Shown here piece by piece: positions 12,292 to 23,847 of a DNA stretch of 64,000 bases. Within the stretch, counting starts at the first letter, position 1, and each line of letters begins with the position of its first letter. The notes below the pieces were generated by a model that saw only the letters and a list, made by a program, of their open reading frames with translations, searched no databases and was not told the DNA's origin. Source of the stretch: Podarcis tiliguerta (Eukaryota); assembly GCA_965153285.1 (NCBI GenBank), contig OZ229118.1. The stretch is one strand, 5' to 3'. Made by a program: the position numbers and the translations under genes.

Positions 12292-14243
12292 CACACAGAG
12301 ATTTACAAACTTAATCTGCAGCTTCCTGTATTTGCTTTCCCCTTCATCAAGACTTTCCAAATTTATCATACATTTAGAAAAAGAATTATTTACATTTTGA
12401 TGTAGACACATTGATATTTTTTGCAGTGTTTGCAGAATCAGAAAGACTTTAATTTCCTTTCAAAGCATTACAACTGAGTGTTCTACTTGTTTTGTGGGAG
12501 TGACGCTGTGCAAGCAGCTGATGCAATGCTATAAATTCAGAGGTGATTTTATTCCACTTTGATCAGCCTTTACCAAAACCCAGCAATCACATTATCCTTG
12601 GGAAATGAAGGATAAAAGTTATGCTTTGGAAAATTGCTGTGGCTGTTTATCATACAGACTGTGGCTGTGCACCTAAGAATGGTTTTAACCCATTGCACTT
12701 TTCAGATATTCTAATGCTGAAAGAAGGCATAAAAGGGCAATTTCTGTGGTAAGTTTCCTTCCGCCTTCCCTAAGGCATCATAATCAGTGGCTTGCTGAGG
12801 TTCCAGAACTCAAAGAAACTTCAAACAACTCAAATAACATAAAAATCACACACCTAGAACTCATTTTGCAGGTTCTTTCTCTCTGGGTGGTACAAGCAGA
12901 AAATATATTTTCTCATGTTCTCAAGTCAAGCCACATTTAGGACATGTGCAACCGAGCTAATTTCATCTAAGAACAAAATCAGCTCCTGCTGAAAGTGTGC
13001 TTCACCTCCCCATGGGAGTCAGTAAAAAATGGAAGAAAAGCACAGAGCAACAAACTGAGTAGGGAAATATACTTTTCTGCATGCAGAATTGAGGACTACA
13101 TTGTTATTGATGACTGTTTTTTGACTGCTATAGACGACTGGACAATATTCCGCCCTGTGACAGTGTTCCCTTGCTGAGTTGCCTTGCTAGTCACCCTACT
13201 GCAAGGTACAGACTTTTGAATCTTGAGGGCATTGCGGTAATTATCCCCGATTCAAAATATACCCATCTTATTTGGCAAACATGAGCACATTTTCCCCCTC
13301 TAGCCATATGTTAGGCCCAGTCATTTATGCAGCCCAAGACAGGTGTTGCTTAGCATAAGCACTGTAAAACGAAATCTTAATAGAAACATTTGGTGAAAAA
13401 TAGACAGAACTTGTCATTCACACCTCTCCAATATGTATTTGCATTTTTTAAATAATAGTAAAATACCAATCGTGCCATTCTGTTCTGCATCATGAAGTTA
13501 GGAATGGGTTGCACATGTCAGAACATAACACATTTGGATAGAAAAGTGGTTCCTAAAAGCAAGCTACTGGAATATAAACAGACTTGTTGCCATATACTTA
13601 ACATCTGTGCTTTCTGTATGGCAGAACAAACTAACATAATGGTTACTGCCCTGGACTGAGATTTCACCACCTGTTTTTTGTTTTTTTGTTTCCACAGAAT
13701 CTGATAGCAAAGCCAAACAGACACACATTTCTAGCGTTTCAACTTCTTTTGATCACCAATTCAAAACAAATGTAAATATCGTGAAGGGAGAAGGGAATTT
13801 GTACCTTCAACAGGGTATGGCATGTTGCATTAAAACAAGGTCAAGCATTAGTATATCAACAGGCAGCTTGATCAAAGAGATACAACTAGCATGAACAATT
13901 CTGATTTATTTGCTGAATTGAGTTAGATCTGCAGTGTGTTAGTCACTGCAATCACTGAACTCACAATCAAATTGTGTAGATTTTTCTTTCTTTTTTAAGT
14001 GGAAATGTTTCCACTGAATTGCTGTTAGAGACGGAGGAGAAATATTGAGTTCACATTTAAAGCTGAACCTAATTCACGCTTTCCAAAAAATACAGAACAC
14101 ACAGTCATCCTTCAAAATACTGAACTTTGTAATGTAGTTCTGCAGTCAAATAGCATGTTGTAAACTGCATACACTGGAGAAAAAGTATGCATATAAAAGC
14201 ATTATATTAGAGAAGACCACTTGGCAAAAGTTTTGCATATTAG

Positions 14244-14366
14244 AAAAAGAGGTGCCGGAACTCACCATGAATGTGTCCTTTGTTCCCTTAATGGCAATGG
14301 CGCTGATGGGAGAGGTGCCAGAACTGAGTTCCGGCAAGTTCCGATTAAAAAAAAAAAAAGCCATGC
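14244..14366. mobile_element. One end of a non-autonomous DNA transposon (hAT-like)
   Basis: Repeated GAGGTGCCRGAACT / GTTCCGG motifs ending in A-run + GCCATG, which resembles a CAGGGCTTTTTT-type TIR. The opposite end is not visible. Confidence 0.55.
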
Positions 14367-15587
14367 CTAATGGCAACAAGAGGTAGCCATGGTGTCCAAA
14401 TTCAAAATATTAGCACCAGAGCACAATGGAGTGGGAGAAAGGAGGCTGCAACAATAGTTCACAAGCACAGATATTGTCATTCAATATGAAAATTAATGCT
14501 TAGGGGTCTTTTCCAATTTTAAGAAAAATCGAAAGCAAATTCTCTTGGTACTCCCATTTGTCACACTCATCTAAGTTAAAAACTGGTATTCTGCATGTTA
14601 TTATTTCTAGAGGGTTAGTACAATTCTCCAGAGAAAACATCTGCTATTTTGACTGAATTTCACATGACACACAAGATCAATGAGCTGAGAGGCGGGGACT
14701 TGTCATTAAACTTAGGAGTGTGGAAATTTAAGCGTTCACCCTAAGGAAATCTAAATTGCTGGATTGGGCTGCTTTTCATGAATATTATTTCCACTTGCAA
14801 GTTTTTTTGGGGTGCTAATGAGAAAAAGTAATGTAAAGCTGCATACAACCACAGGAGAAATGTTGTTCTACTTAAAGCACCCTAATTAGCTCACAATAGC
14901 CACATATCACACAACAAAGAACCAAGTCTGGTACACAACAGTTGCTTAGAGCATAAAAAGCTAGTTAGAGGAAATAAACAAACTGAAGCTCTATAGCATT
15001 CCTACAAATTTTGCTGGAAGTTTACCATCCAGCTAAAATAAATCAGTTCATGACTGAATCCAACCAACTATATGAAAGTTATAGAAATTCAACCCAATAG
15101 TTCTTAATTTGTTTGTACATCTCCACTACATAGGCGTATCAGCACTTCTAACTGACTTGCCATGCCTTGCTTGTCCAGGTCCTGCAGTTTTAGTCAGTCT
15201 CCATGTGGAAAGGTAACACCAGTACGGAACCTTGCACTAAATTTATTTAATAGTTGCTCTTCCAAAAAAGTTTATATAGATTGCTTTGATTTTTCTAAGA
15301 GATAAATTATTCTGAATCCATTAGTTTAATTGAAGCTAATTTATTCCACATCAACAAATTTCCCATTAATCCATCTGTTATGAAATACATAACATAATAA
15401 GATACAAACCTCCTGCCAAGGGAGAAGTAGTATGGAATAATAACTGTTCAAATATTCTCCAGCTCGTCAAAACACTTATTATATATTTTAAAAGTTAGTT
15501 GGTGTTCTTACATTGTTTCAGATCATAGAACATATTTCAGTGGGGGTGTTGTTGTTAAAACAAGATTATTTGGCATTTCCCTTCCTG

Positions 15588-15623
15588 AGATACAGAAATT
15601 ATAATAGATACAGAAATTATAAT
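15588..15623. repeat. Perfect 18-bp tandem duplication
   Basis: AGATACAGAAATTATAAT x2. Confidence 0.95.
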
Positions 15624-16042
15624 GGACTAGCATAAAAATATAAACTAATATTAGGCAGCCTCCCAACATTTTAAGTCTTCATTAACATACACTTAGTTAT
15701 TCTAGAAGGTTTACCTAACACACTAATTTCATCATTAATCTGTCCACATTTTTTAAGGAGCAAATGACATATGTCTTATATAACCACCATTCAATTTTGT
15801 GGGGTAAAACGTTTAGCCCAGACACACTTTTCACTGGCCAATTTATAGTGCAGCCCTTCTAGGATGTTGTCACAAATTGTCTCGAGTACGTTTCCAAATT
15901 TCAGCCACTTACGAGTTACCATTTTCCTTATGAAAATAAGTAAACACCTGTAAATTGTTGTAGAAATGAATTGACTTTTGCCGTTGGGTAAATAAATTAT
16001 ACTGATGAAATTTTGCATGCTTGATGTCTACCTCTCCTTATA

Positions 16043-16396
16043 AAAAGGTAAAGGTAAAGGACCCCTGACAGTTCAGTCCAGTGCAGACGACTCTGGGGTT
16101 GCGGCGCTCATCTCGCTTTACTGGCCGAGGGAGCTGACGTTTGTCCGCAGACAATTTTTTCCAGGTCATGTGGCCAGCATGACTAAGCCGCTTCTGCCGA
16201 AACCAGAGCAATGCACAGAAACGCCGTTTACCTTCCCACTGGAGCGGTACCTATTTATCTACTTGCACTTTTGGGCATGCTTTTGAACTTCTAGGTTGGC
16301 AGGAGCTGGGACCGAGCAACAGGAGCTCACCCCGTCATGGGGATTCGAACCGCCGACCTTCTGATCGGCAAGCCCAAGAGGGGCTTAGTGGTTTAC
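16043..16396 (-). mobile_element. Sauria SINE, slightly 5'-truncated
   Basis: Plus strand shows the AAAGGTAAAGGTAAAGG tail, the GGTCATGTGGCCAGCATGAC core and a GGGGATTCGAACC B-box. The first ~20 nt of the head are missing. Confidence 0.93.
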
Positions 16397-17755
16397 CCCA
16401 GCCTATATTAACTGATTGGGATAGTAAAATCCCCAGATTTTTTAAATCTCCATCAGCACAAATAATAAGGATACAGTTGTTTGAGGATAGCACTATCTGC
16501 AAACATAGCAGCCAAATAAATAGCAGAGCTGGGAATTATTTTCATCAAGACCATACCAGGGATAAATGTTGATGCCCTGTATCTCCATCTTCAGTTCCTT
16601 ATCTAAAGACTCATAATTAACCACCAAAAGGTCTTCCACTTTTGATGTCCACATTTATTCATAAATATATGAATTATTTTGAAATAGGAACTCTTATTTT
16701 ATTTTTTGACCTAGGATGTTATTCTTAATTCTTAAATAAATTTGTAAGTATTGGCAATGAAGCAGAGGACCTAACTAATGGCAAGATAAAAAGTAATGTG
16801 ATTAAGATAGAAACAAATATATTTAATATATATAATATATTTTTTCATAGCAGAGTATTTGGGCAATGCAAATAAAGAGCACCTTCCCCTGGGTATTTTA
16901 AAAAAATGTATGACATTCCTATCTAGATATGATACTTCTTGCTTAAAGACAGTACAGTGAATGAGAGCATCTTGCTAGCTTCCTTTGAGTTTCAAAAATG
17001 TGATAGGATTCAATCATCGGTGCCATTTTAGCTCCATAGCATCACATCCATAAATCTGACACAGTCGATAGCAGAAACCTGTCCTTATAATAAAAGACTG
17101 ATTTCTATAACCTTTTAACACTAGCATCCTCTTACCCAACACTGCTTGAGAATTCTAAGGAAGACTGCTTACCTGTTTCCAGGTGGAGGTGGCGATTGCA
17201 GCCCAGCCCAACCGCCAGGGCACCAGAGGGGTAAAGGGGACCTTCCTGTCTAGCCAGCTGACATCATGGTTGGCCTTGGCCGGCCACAGGGACTGGCATG
17301 ATTTCCCATCGAAATTAACATTTGCAGAAACCTCTGTGATGATACAGGCCAGTAAAATGCGGAACTGACTACCAGCTATACCTCCAAGACTGATGGCAAC
17401 TGGTACTATGAGACAACATGTCATGCTGTCTTAAGCTATTCTGCCACTCCATATTATCTGGAGGGCTGTACCCTGGCAGCTCACTGTTGTTCGGTGAGCT
17501 AGCAGAAAGATTATAGCATCCTTATCTGTTTTACATCAAAATTATGAATGCTGTAAGCAATAGATGCTGTGACCACAATAAAAGATGTGGCAGCTAGGTG
17601 TAAACTCCTGTATTTTTTCACCTTTTGTTTTCAGCAAGGTCTAAGCAAACTTATACATGGTTGTCAACACGGTCTTATTAAATTCTATTTTCCTTATAAT
17701 CTTTATGTCTTGATATTAAGTTCTCTCAATGGAACCATATATTATTCTGGTTACG

Positions 17756-17774
17756 TGTGTGTGTGTGTGTGTGT

Positions 17775-17808
<34 letters not shown>
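17756..17808. repeat. Compound (GT)n(GA)n microsatellite
   Basis: GT run followed directly by a GA run. Confidence 0.95.
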
Positions 17809-17811
<3 letters not shown>

Positions 17812-18039
17812 TTAGTAGGGCAGGTGCCCTACTAGGCAGGTGCACACTCAAAAGTGCTATAATAACCTGTACTAGTGGGAAGGGCATAGAGAGAGAGCAA
17901 AATTATGCATCATAGACAATCTAAATAGCAATTGGTAGAACGAATTGCCAGATGACATTTGTATTGTGGGGATGTTGCTTAATTTTTACATATTTGGTAG
18001 ACTTTAATATTTAGTACTAATTATGCAGATAAAAAAAAA

Positions 18040-18469
18040 TGGTTCTAGGGGTTGCTCGTGCGTAAGCCGGTGCAAACACCTGGCTGGGTTGCCTGAGTGA
18101 ACCTTTTCTGTCCAGACAGCCACTCACCCGTGGTTGTCTCAGTCGCTGGCGGAATCCGTCAGTGGGTATTTCTTAAACTTTTTCCAGCAAAGAAGCTCTT
18201 TGACGCCTAGTCTCCTCCTACTCTCTCTGTGCGAAAGCCTTCTGCGCAAGGAGGGCGTAGGCAGCGGAGGACTGTTACTCTCCCCGCTGGTCCCCGGCAA
18301 GGAGTCATGGGACCGCCTTGCCGCTTCCCCCATCTGCCCCCCTTCTCCACTGGTGCTACGCTGATTCTCTTCCCCAGAAGATGGGCTGCCTCTCCCAATC
18401 CCAGGACGCTCTCTGGAATCCCTCTGGATTATGCTCTCTCCCTCCGGCACTGATGGCAGTTCCCTGACA
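18040..18469 (-). mobile_element. Probable LTR (solo or partial) of an LTR retrotransposon
   Basis: Sharply bounded GC/CpG-rich block. The minus strand starts TGTCAGGGAACTGCC (LTR-like TG start). The other terminus and TSD are unresolved. Confidence 0.55.
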
Positions 18470-18925
18470 CATTTCTTCCTGGATTTTGTGTGAATGACAA
18501 AATCCAGAATAAGAAGAAGTGAAAGTTTAGTATGTCAAAAAATTGCAATAGTCCCCAGATCCATGAAGGACTGCATTCCCTATCACTGGAAGAGTTGGAA
18601 GAGGATTATTAACTAAATTGTTTCAGTATAAAGTTTGAAAGTCCTTTTTAAAAAAAAATCTAGTGTCATTTTACTTATTTGGTTAGCAGATGAGACAATC
18701 CAAGAAGCCAGTTAATTGAAGTCCCAAGCTCAGGCGGTTTTGCAGGGTAGGAAAGAAACACAATTACTGCTTGGCACTCTTCTTGTTTAATATAGTTTGT
18801 TAAACTCCTCTGCAAACATGCTGTAAACTTTGCAGCTGCATACCTTCGTCCCAAATCAGGGAAGCGGGGAGCGGTTTAGGGTGGAGCAAGATTGAGGGTA
18901 GCCCAGCCTGTTGCAGAGAGGCCTC

Positions 18926-19024
18926 TTGGGTCCAGAAATCATCTACATTTTTCAGGAAGGGCCACTGATAAACATTCATATAGGGATCATGTGTCCTGAA
19001 AATGTAGGTGATTTCTGGACCTAA
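18926..19024. repeat. Inverted repeat / hairpin (about 30-bp stem, 36-nt loop)
   Basis: GGTCCAGAAATCATCTACATTTTTCAGGA pairs with TCCTGAAAATGTAGGTGATTTCTGGACC, with one substitution and a 1-nt indel. Confidence 0.9.
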
Positions 19025-20289
19025 CCCATATCAAGGGCTGGGGAATTCCATCAAAGGGACTTCTGCTTCCCTTGCCAGAGAGCTATGACATAACAGGCAG
19101 CGTATTTCTGTGTAAAAATGTGTGTGATGGATGCCAGAGGAAATCTTTTCCCAATAGGCCAGGCATAGCACGACATGTCCCTGACATGTTGGATTATGAG
19201 CTCAGTTTGCAGCTCTCTGTATATTTGCAGCAAAGAGCTGGATGGTCACTGTATTCATACTACATGAAAAGGGAACAAAATGTGCATTCTTAATCTTTGC
19301 ACATTTCTTGCCACTGCATTTTCAACTACTTCCGTACCCTAAGAACAAAATAAAAGCTCTGATCAATTTAGAGAAAAGCAGGTTAGAAGAACACTGTTAA
19401 GCAACAGCTTCCAACAGTCAAAGATTAACCTTACTAACTCTTCAATGGGAAATTCTGAGTGGATGAAAAGAAAGCTGGCCATGATGTCCTCACCGTTAGT
19501 TCTTTAGATACCTAAATAGCTTAGATGACAATGAAGAAGAAAAAAAGAGGATGAAGTTAAATTTGCAGTGAGAATTGCCCTTCTGAAATGGGATGCAAAT
19601 TAACATTAGCCTTACACAGACTTTCATATCTCTTTAGTACAGCACAGCATTATTAAAGGTTAAAGAGAAGTAGTGGTAGGAGACTGCTGTACTTTGAAAG
19701 CTTCGCACCATACTAACATCTTTCACGTCTGACCCTTTCTTTTTTATATTAGTAACCCATGGAAATAGATTAGTCAGTTCTGTCAGCTCCCTCTCCAGGA
19801 GCCCTGAAATAGTCTCATTCACTTATCTATTAGCTGTATACCCTAGTGACGAATTCTTGCCTCACTGTTCAGCAAAAATGTGCATAATAATTGTCTAATA
19901 TCACATGTGGAGAAAATAGTCCATTAGACAAGTTATATTATTTTTTGGGTACACTATGCTTATTCTGAAAAATATAAAGAACTACTTGAAAGCTAGATAT
20001 TACCATTATGCCACTTCAAAAAGATGACTACTCTTAAATTTCTGAAACTGGACAATTACAGCTTCTAAAGGACTTCCTAGTGTTATATTACAGGTTCAGA
20101 CAGCAATAGCACTCACTTAAGGTTGATGAACATTCACCATTTTGACTGCATATTCATTTGCATTTGAAGGGTTCCTAACTCTTAACTACTTGGCTAAAGT
20201 TGTCAGTTCCCAGTGAATTTATCAGTTTGACAAGTTCAGTTTTCAGTTCCCTTCAGTAGGGAGTTAGGTGAGTGGGGAGAAGGAGTAGA

Positions 20290-20640
20290 GAGATGTCACC
20301 AGGCGATCAGAACTGAATTTTGCTTGTGTCAGATGGAGCTACCACAGTGCTGAATGCCAGCAGTGGAGCAAGCCAATCAGGTGTCTGGGACGGCGCGAGC
20401 CAGGGCAGGATGCTCCGCGGGGCCTCCCAGGAGTCTGCCTGCCTCATCCCACTCAGTTGTCCTACAATTGAGGGCGAGGCAGTGGGCAAACCGTTTGGGG
20501 AAGCATGGAGCCTGCTGGTGCCCAAGCCACCACATCACTCCCAGGAGAGACGTGTGGCTTGGGTGTGCTGCATGCCATTTTGTCACCCCTCCTCAGTGGT
20601 GACACCCAGGGCGGCCTGCCCCCACTGCCCCCTTACTCCG
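20290..20640. mobile_element. GC-rich decayed hAT-like non-autonomous element
   Basis: GC-rich block with a GTCACCCC...GGTGACACCC subterminal palindrome. Termini not resolved. Confidence 0.45.
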
Positions 20641-20940
20641 CTTCTACCGAATGCAACACAAATCATGCCCTGGTGGTGAGCAAGATCTTTCTCCAGCCAA
20701 ACAGGACCCGAAGCACAAAGCAGAATGTGCAGCCATGAATCAACACTGCTAGAACAACCACATCTGAACTTTGTGAACGTTTCTCTGATTCCGTTAAATA
20801 AGCTCTACTGAACTGCCCCAGAAATAGCAATGTAGAACTACATCAAAGAGGCAACCTACAACACAGCTACGTCCTCCTTTGGCAAAATAAAGCAAGAGAT
20901 TCCTGACTGGTTTGAGGCCAGTGCTAAGGACATGAAGCAA
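20641..20940 (+). mobile_element. RTE-clade LINE fragment (end of endonuclease plus linker)
   Basis: Translates STECNTNHALVVSKIFLQPNRT...P*INTART...; later YNTA...FGK...DWFEA. This resembles the RTE ADCDTDHSLV.SK..LQPK / DWFEA region. Contains stops and frameshifts. Confidence 0.7.
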
Positions 20941-21991
20941 AGCACCAGGCTATGGGAACTGCAAGTGTGTGCAGAACCACTGAAAACCTTGTCTGAAGAG
21001 ATCTCCATAGGCCATTGCCAGTGAATGAACTGGAGAAATTCTGCCTGCAAAATATCTTCTCCATTCCTGAAGGGTACAGCTCTTCCTTGACTACTAGCAA
21101 GAAGTGATATGAATAAAAGTGGATTCCATATGGCAGCTGTCCCTTAATTATGCCACACTTTTCTTGGTGCCAGTGATTACAAAAATGGATGGAGGCTCAC
21201 TGTGCAAAGCTGCTTAACTTTGGCTGGACTTTGTGGGTGGATTGTCTTTAAGATTCCACACAAACTAATACAGCTGTTCTTTGGCAATCTGATCTTATGC
21301 TGAAGAATGGTTTCGACAACTGATTAGGGCACAGAAGGGAGTGATACTGACTCATTAAACATAGCTGCTGCTGATGCTTCTGGAAGGGAGAAAAATAGTG
21401 CTAAACCACAGAACATTCAAATGGTTGATATGCACTAAGGATGGCCATTCTAATCATGTTCCATTTACAATACAGATAACGGGATTGTCATTACTTTATT
21501 TGTTGGCATAAAATACCCAGAAGAACAAAAAAAATTATGTGTGCATAAATCAGTAAACTTGTGGTTAATATCTAATTGGCAAAGGGAACTGGGATATGTG
21601 TAGCACGTTTAATGACTGTTGGGTGTTATAAATCCTACGTTACAAAACAGGAGTCTAAATGAGGACCTTCCCAACGCACTGTATCATACAATACTCCCCA
21701 AGGAAAAGTTATGAATATTAGAGAATTAGCATATATCATCTTTTGAAAGATAGAGCCCAAGAGCAACTCCATTCTTTTCTCGTTTGTTTGCCGGAGGAGC
21801 GGGTGCATTTGGAAATCGAACCCAAATAACCCAAATAGTTGCAGCGTATACTGTATACATTTTATAGATAAAGCTACCCACATTCTCAAGTATTGAATGC
21901 TCAGACCCAGCTAAAAAGCTGAATCATTCCTGCCTGCCTTCTGTTACATAGAAATGTCTAGGATTAACCAAGGGTGCCCTCATGATAAAAT

Positions 21992-22438
21992 CAGTGCTTT
22001 TTTCTGGGGGGGGAATGCATACCCCTAAATATTTTGTGTATCTTTGTACTTTTGTCCAGTGTTGAAGCTTCATGCTCCTGCACTGGGGGGGGGGCGGAGA
22101 GCGGGTGGGGGGAGGAGTGGCATACATCCTGGGGCGTGGCGCATTGCCTGTAGGGGCGTGGCATGCATACTGGGGCCGTGGTACATCCTGGAGGTGTGGT
22201 GTGCTGTCTGTAGGGGTGTGGTGCCCAGCGCGGGCGTGGGGGCAACCATGATGGCACCCTGCTGGGATCACACTGCTGGGGGCAGTGCGCTCCCCCCCCC
22301 ACACGCCTCTTCCTCCGCCAGTGCTTTTGTCCATTTACTGTATTTATTTTTCCCTATTTGAACTATAAAATGGTGATTTTTGTGAGTCAAAATGAGAGTA
22401 CCCCTAAACATTTATTTATTTTTTAGAAAGTAGCACTG
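21992..22438. mobile_element. Non-autonomous hAT element (host of a nested insertion)
   Basis: TIRs CAGTGCTTTTTTCT / AGAAAGTAGCACTG and perfect 8-bp TSD GATAAAAT (21984-21991, 22439-22446). TACCCCTAAA occurs near both ends. Confidence 0.9.
22057..22323. mobile_element. G-rich hAT MITE nested in the previous element
   Basis: Perfect 8-bp TSD CTTTTGTC (22049-22056, 22324-22331) and degenerate TIRs CAGTGTTGAAG / CTCCGCCAGTG. Internal GGGGCGTGG repeats. Confidence 0.88.
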
Positions 22439-23600
22439 GATAAAATCATCTGTGTACCACATTCAGACAGAAAAAATACACACATATATGTAAGAACAAT
22501 ATTTCAATGGCTGCTCTGTAGTCTTTCTTCTGAAGACCTACCAAAGACTGGGCCCATTTATGCTGGATTTGGGGTCTCAGAGTAACTTCATGGGGGAGGG
22601 TAGTGTTTCATATGAGTTACCTTCCTTGAGTCTTAGAGCAGGTTGCAAAACAAATAAAACACATATCTGATATTGTATATTTATATGAAGCACTCACACT
22701 GTGTTTAAATAAATAACTGATGAAATTCTACATTAATTGGTGTGAAGGGGAGGGGTTCTCCTCAGGCAAAACATCTGAGGAACAATGAGGGACGACAAAT
22801 GAGTTTCACTAAGAGGAATCCAAGAAAAATTAATCACACTGCTAAGTTGTTGCTGGATTTTGCCTAAAGCAACATTCGAAGCAAATTTGGGGACTTATAC
22901 CTCAGGCAAATATTTGATAAATTTTGCAAGAAACAAATCTGGTTCAGTAATAACTGAAATTTGTCACACATTATTTCTATTTATAAACTATCTGAATACA
23001 TCTTGTGGCTACGGCTTTCAGGATTGCCTTTTTATATTATTTATGGGTTATTTTAAGTAGCCTGCTATAGTGTGGAAACTGCTTCCAAAGGGCTGCCAAT
23101 CCACCAGTGCAAGTTGGTCAGCATCATGCCATGTATGGAACTCTTGCATTTGACACTTTTCTGTAATGTTTCCTAATTGATCTTGTATAATGCATACTCT
23201 GCATATGGTCTAGCATTGTCAATTACGTATACGCTCATATTCTGTGGAGTTGCCATAGACTAGTGATGTGAGGTGAGAATATTCTCCACAAACTGTAAAT
23301 TCTAATGTAAGAACCAGTTTTACAACCCACATTTTTAAAAATCTAGTAAATAATAAGTCAAGCCAGTGTAAGTAATGAATAAATAAATACTTTTTTGATC
23401 CAGTTGCATCCATTGTGTCATTCACCATTGGCAGTTCTGAAATGTGAGCTACAGAAAACATTTTAATTTTTAGTTTTAAAAATGTTATTCATTTAATTTG
23501 ATGAACATTTGAATTCATATGTATTTCAACTAGTCTTTTTTTATATTTTGGTGATTGACCTAGAGTTCAGAAAACTGGTCTACCCATTATAAGAATATAG

Positions 23601-23847
23601 TGAAGAAGGGTTTTACGGTCGACTCAGGAAAAATATAGGAAAAGGGTTCCGTGCGAGGACTGTCAAATTAGCGCTTCCTTATTTATGGAAGGATTTTAGG
23701 GAATGCCCCTCTAAAGGGGCACCTCCGGAGTCAGGGAGAGTGTGGTGTGTGTGTGGGGGGGTGCTTGTGCATTACGTTATAATGAAGGGGGGTCTCCTGC
23801 TACAGGTGTGACCTTATTCATAGCAATTCTGTACCCTTGACCATACA
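23601..23847 (-). mobile_element. Possible short solo LTR
   Basis: GC/CpG-enriched 247-bp block in AT-rich DNA, bounded by TG...CA. No convincing TSD. Confidence 0.35.

Noticed and set aside
2281-17175. Recursive splice sites at minus-strand CAG|GTAAG motifs (about 2281, 8848, 17168)
   Set aside because: None has a convincing polypyrimidine tract immediately upstream, and two lie inside repeats.
18134-22361. Clusters of overlapping ORFs at about 18.1-18.5, 20.3-20.7 and 21.9-22.4 kb
   Set aside because: They coincide with GC-rich transposon sequence where stop codons are rare. No domain motifs apart from the RTE remnant.
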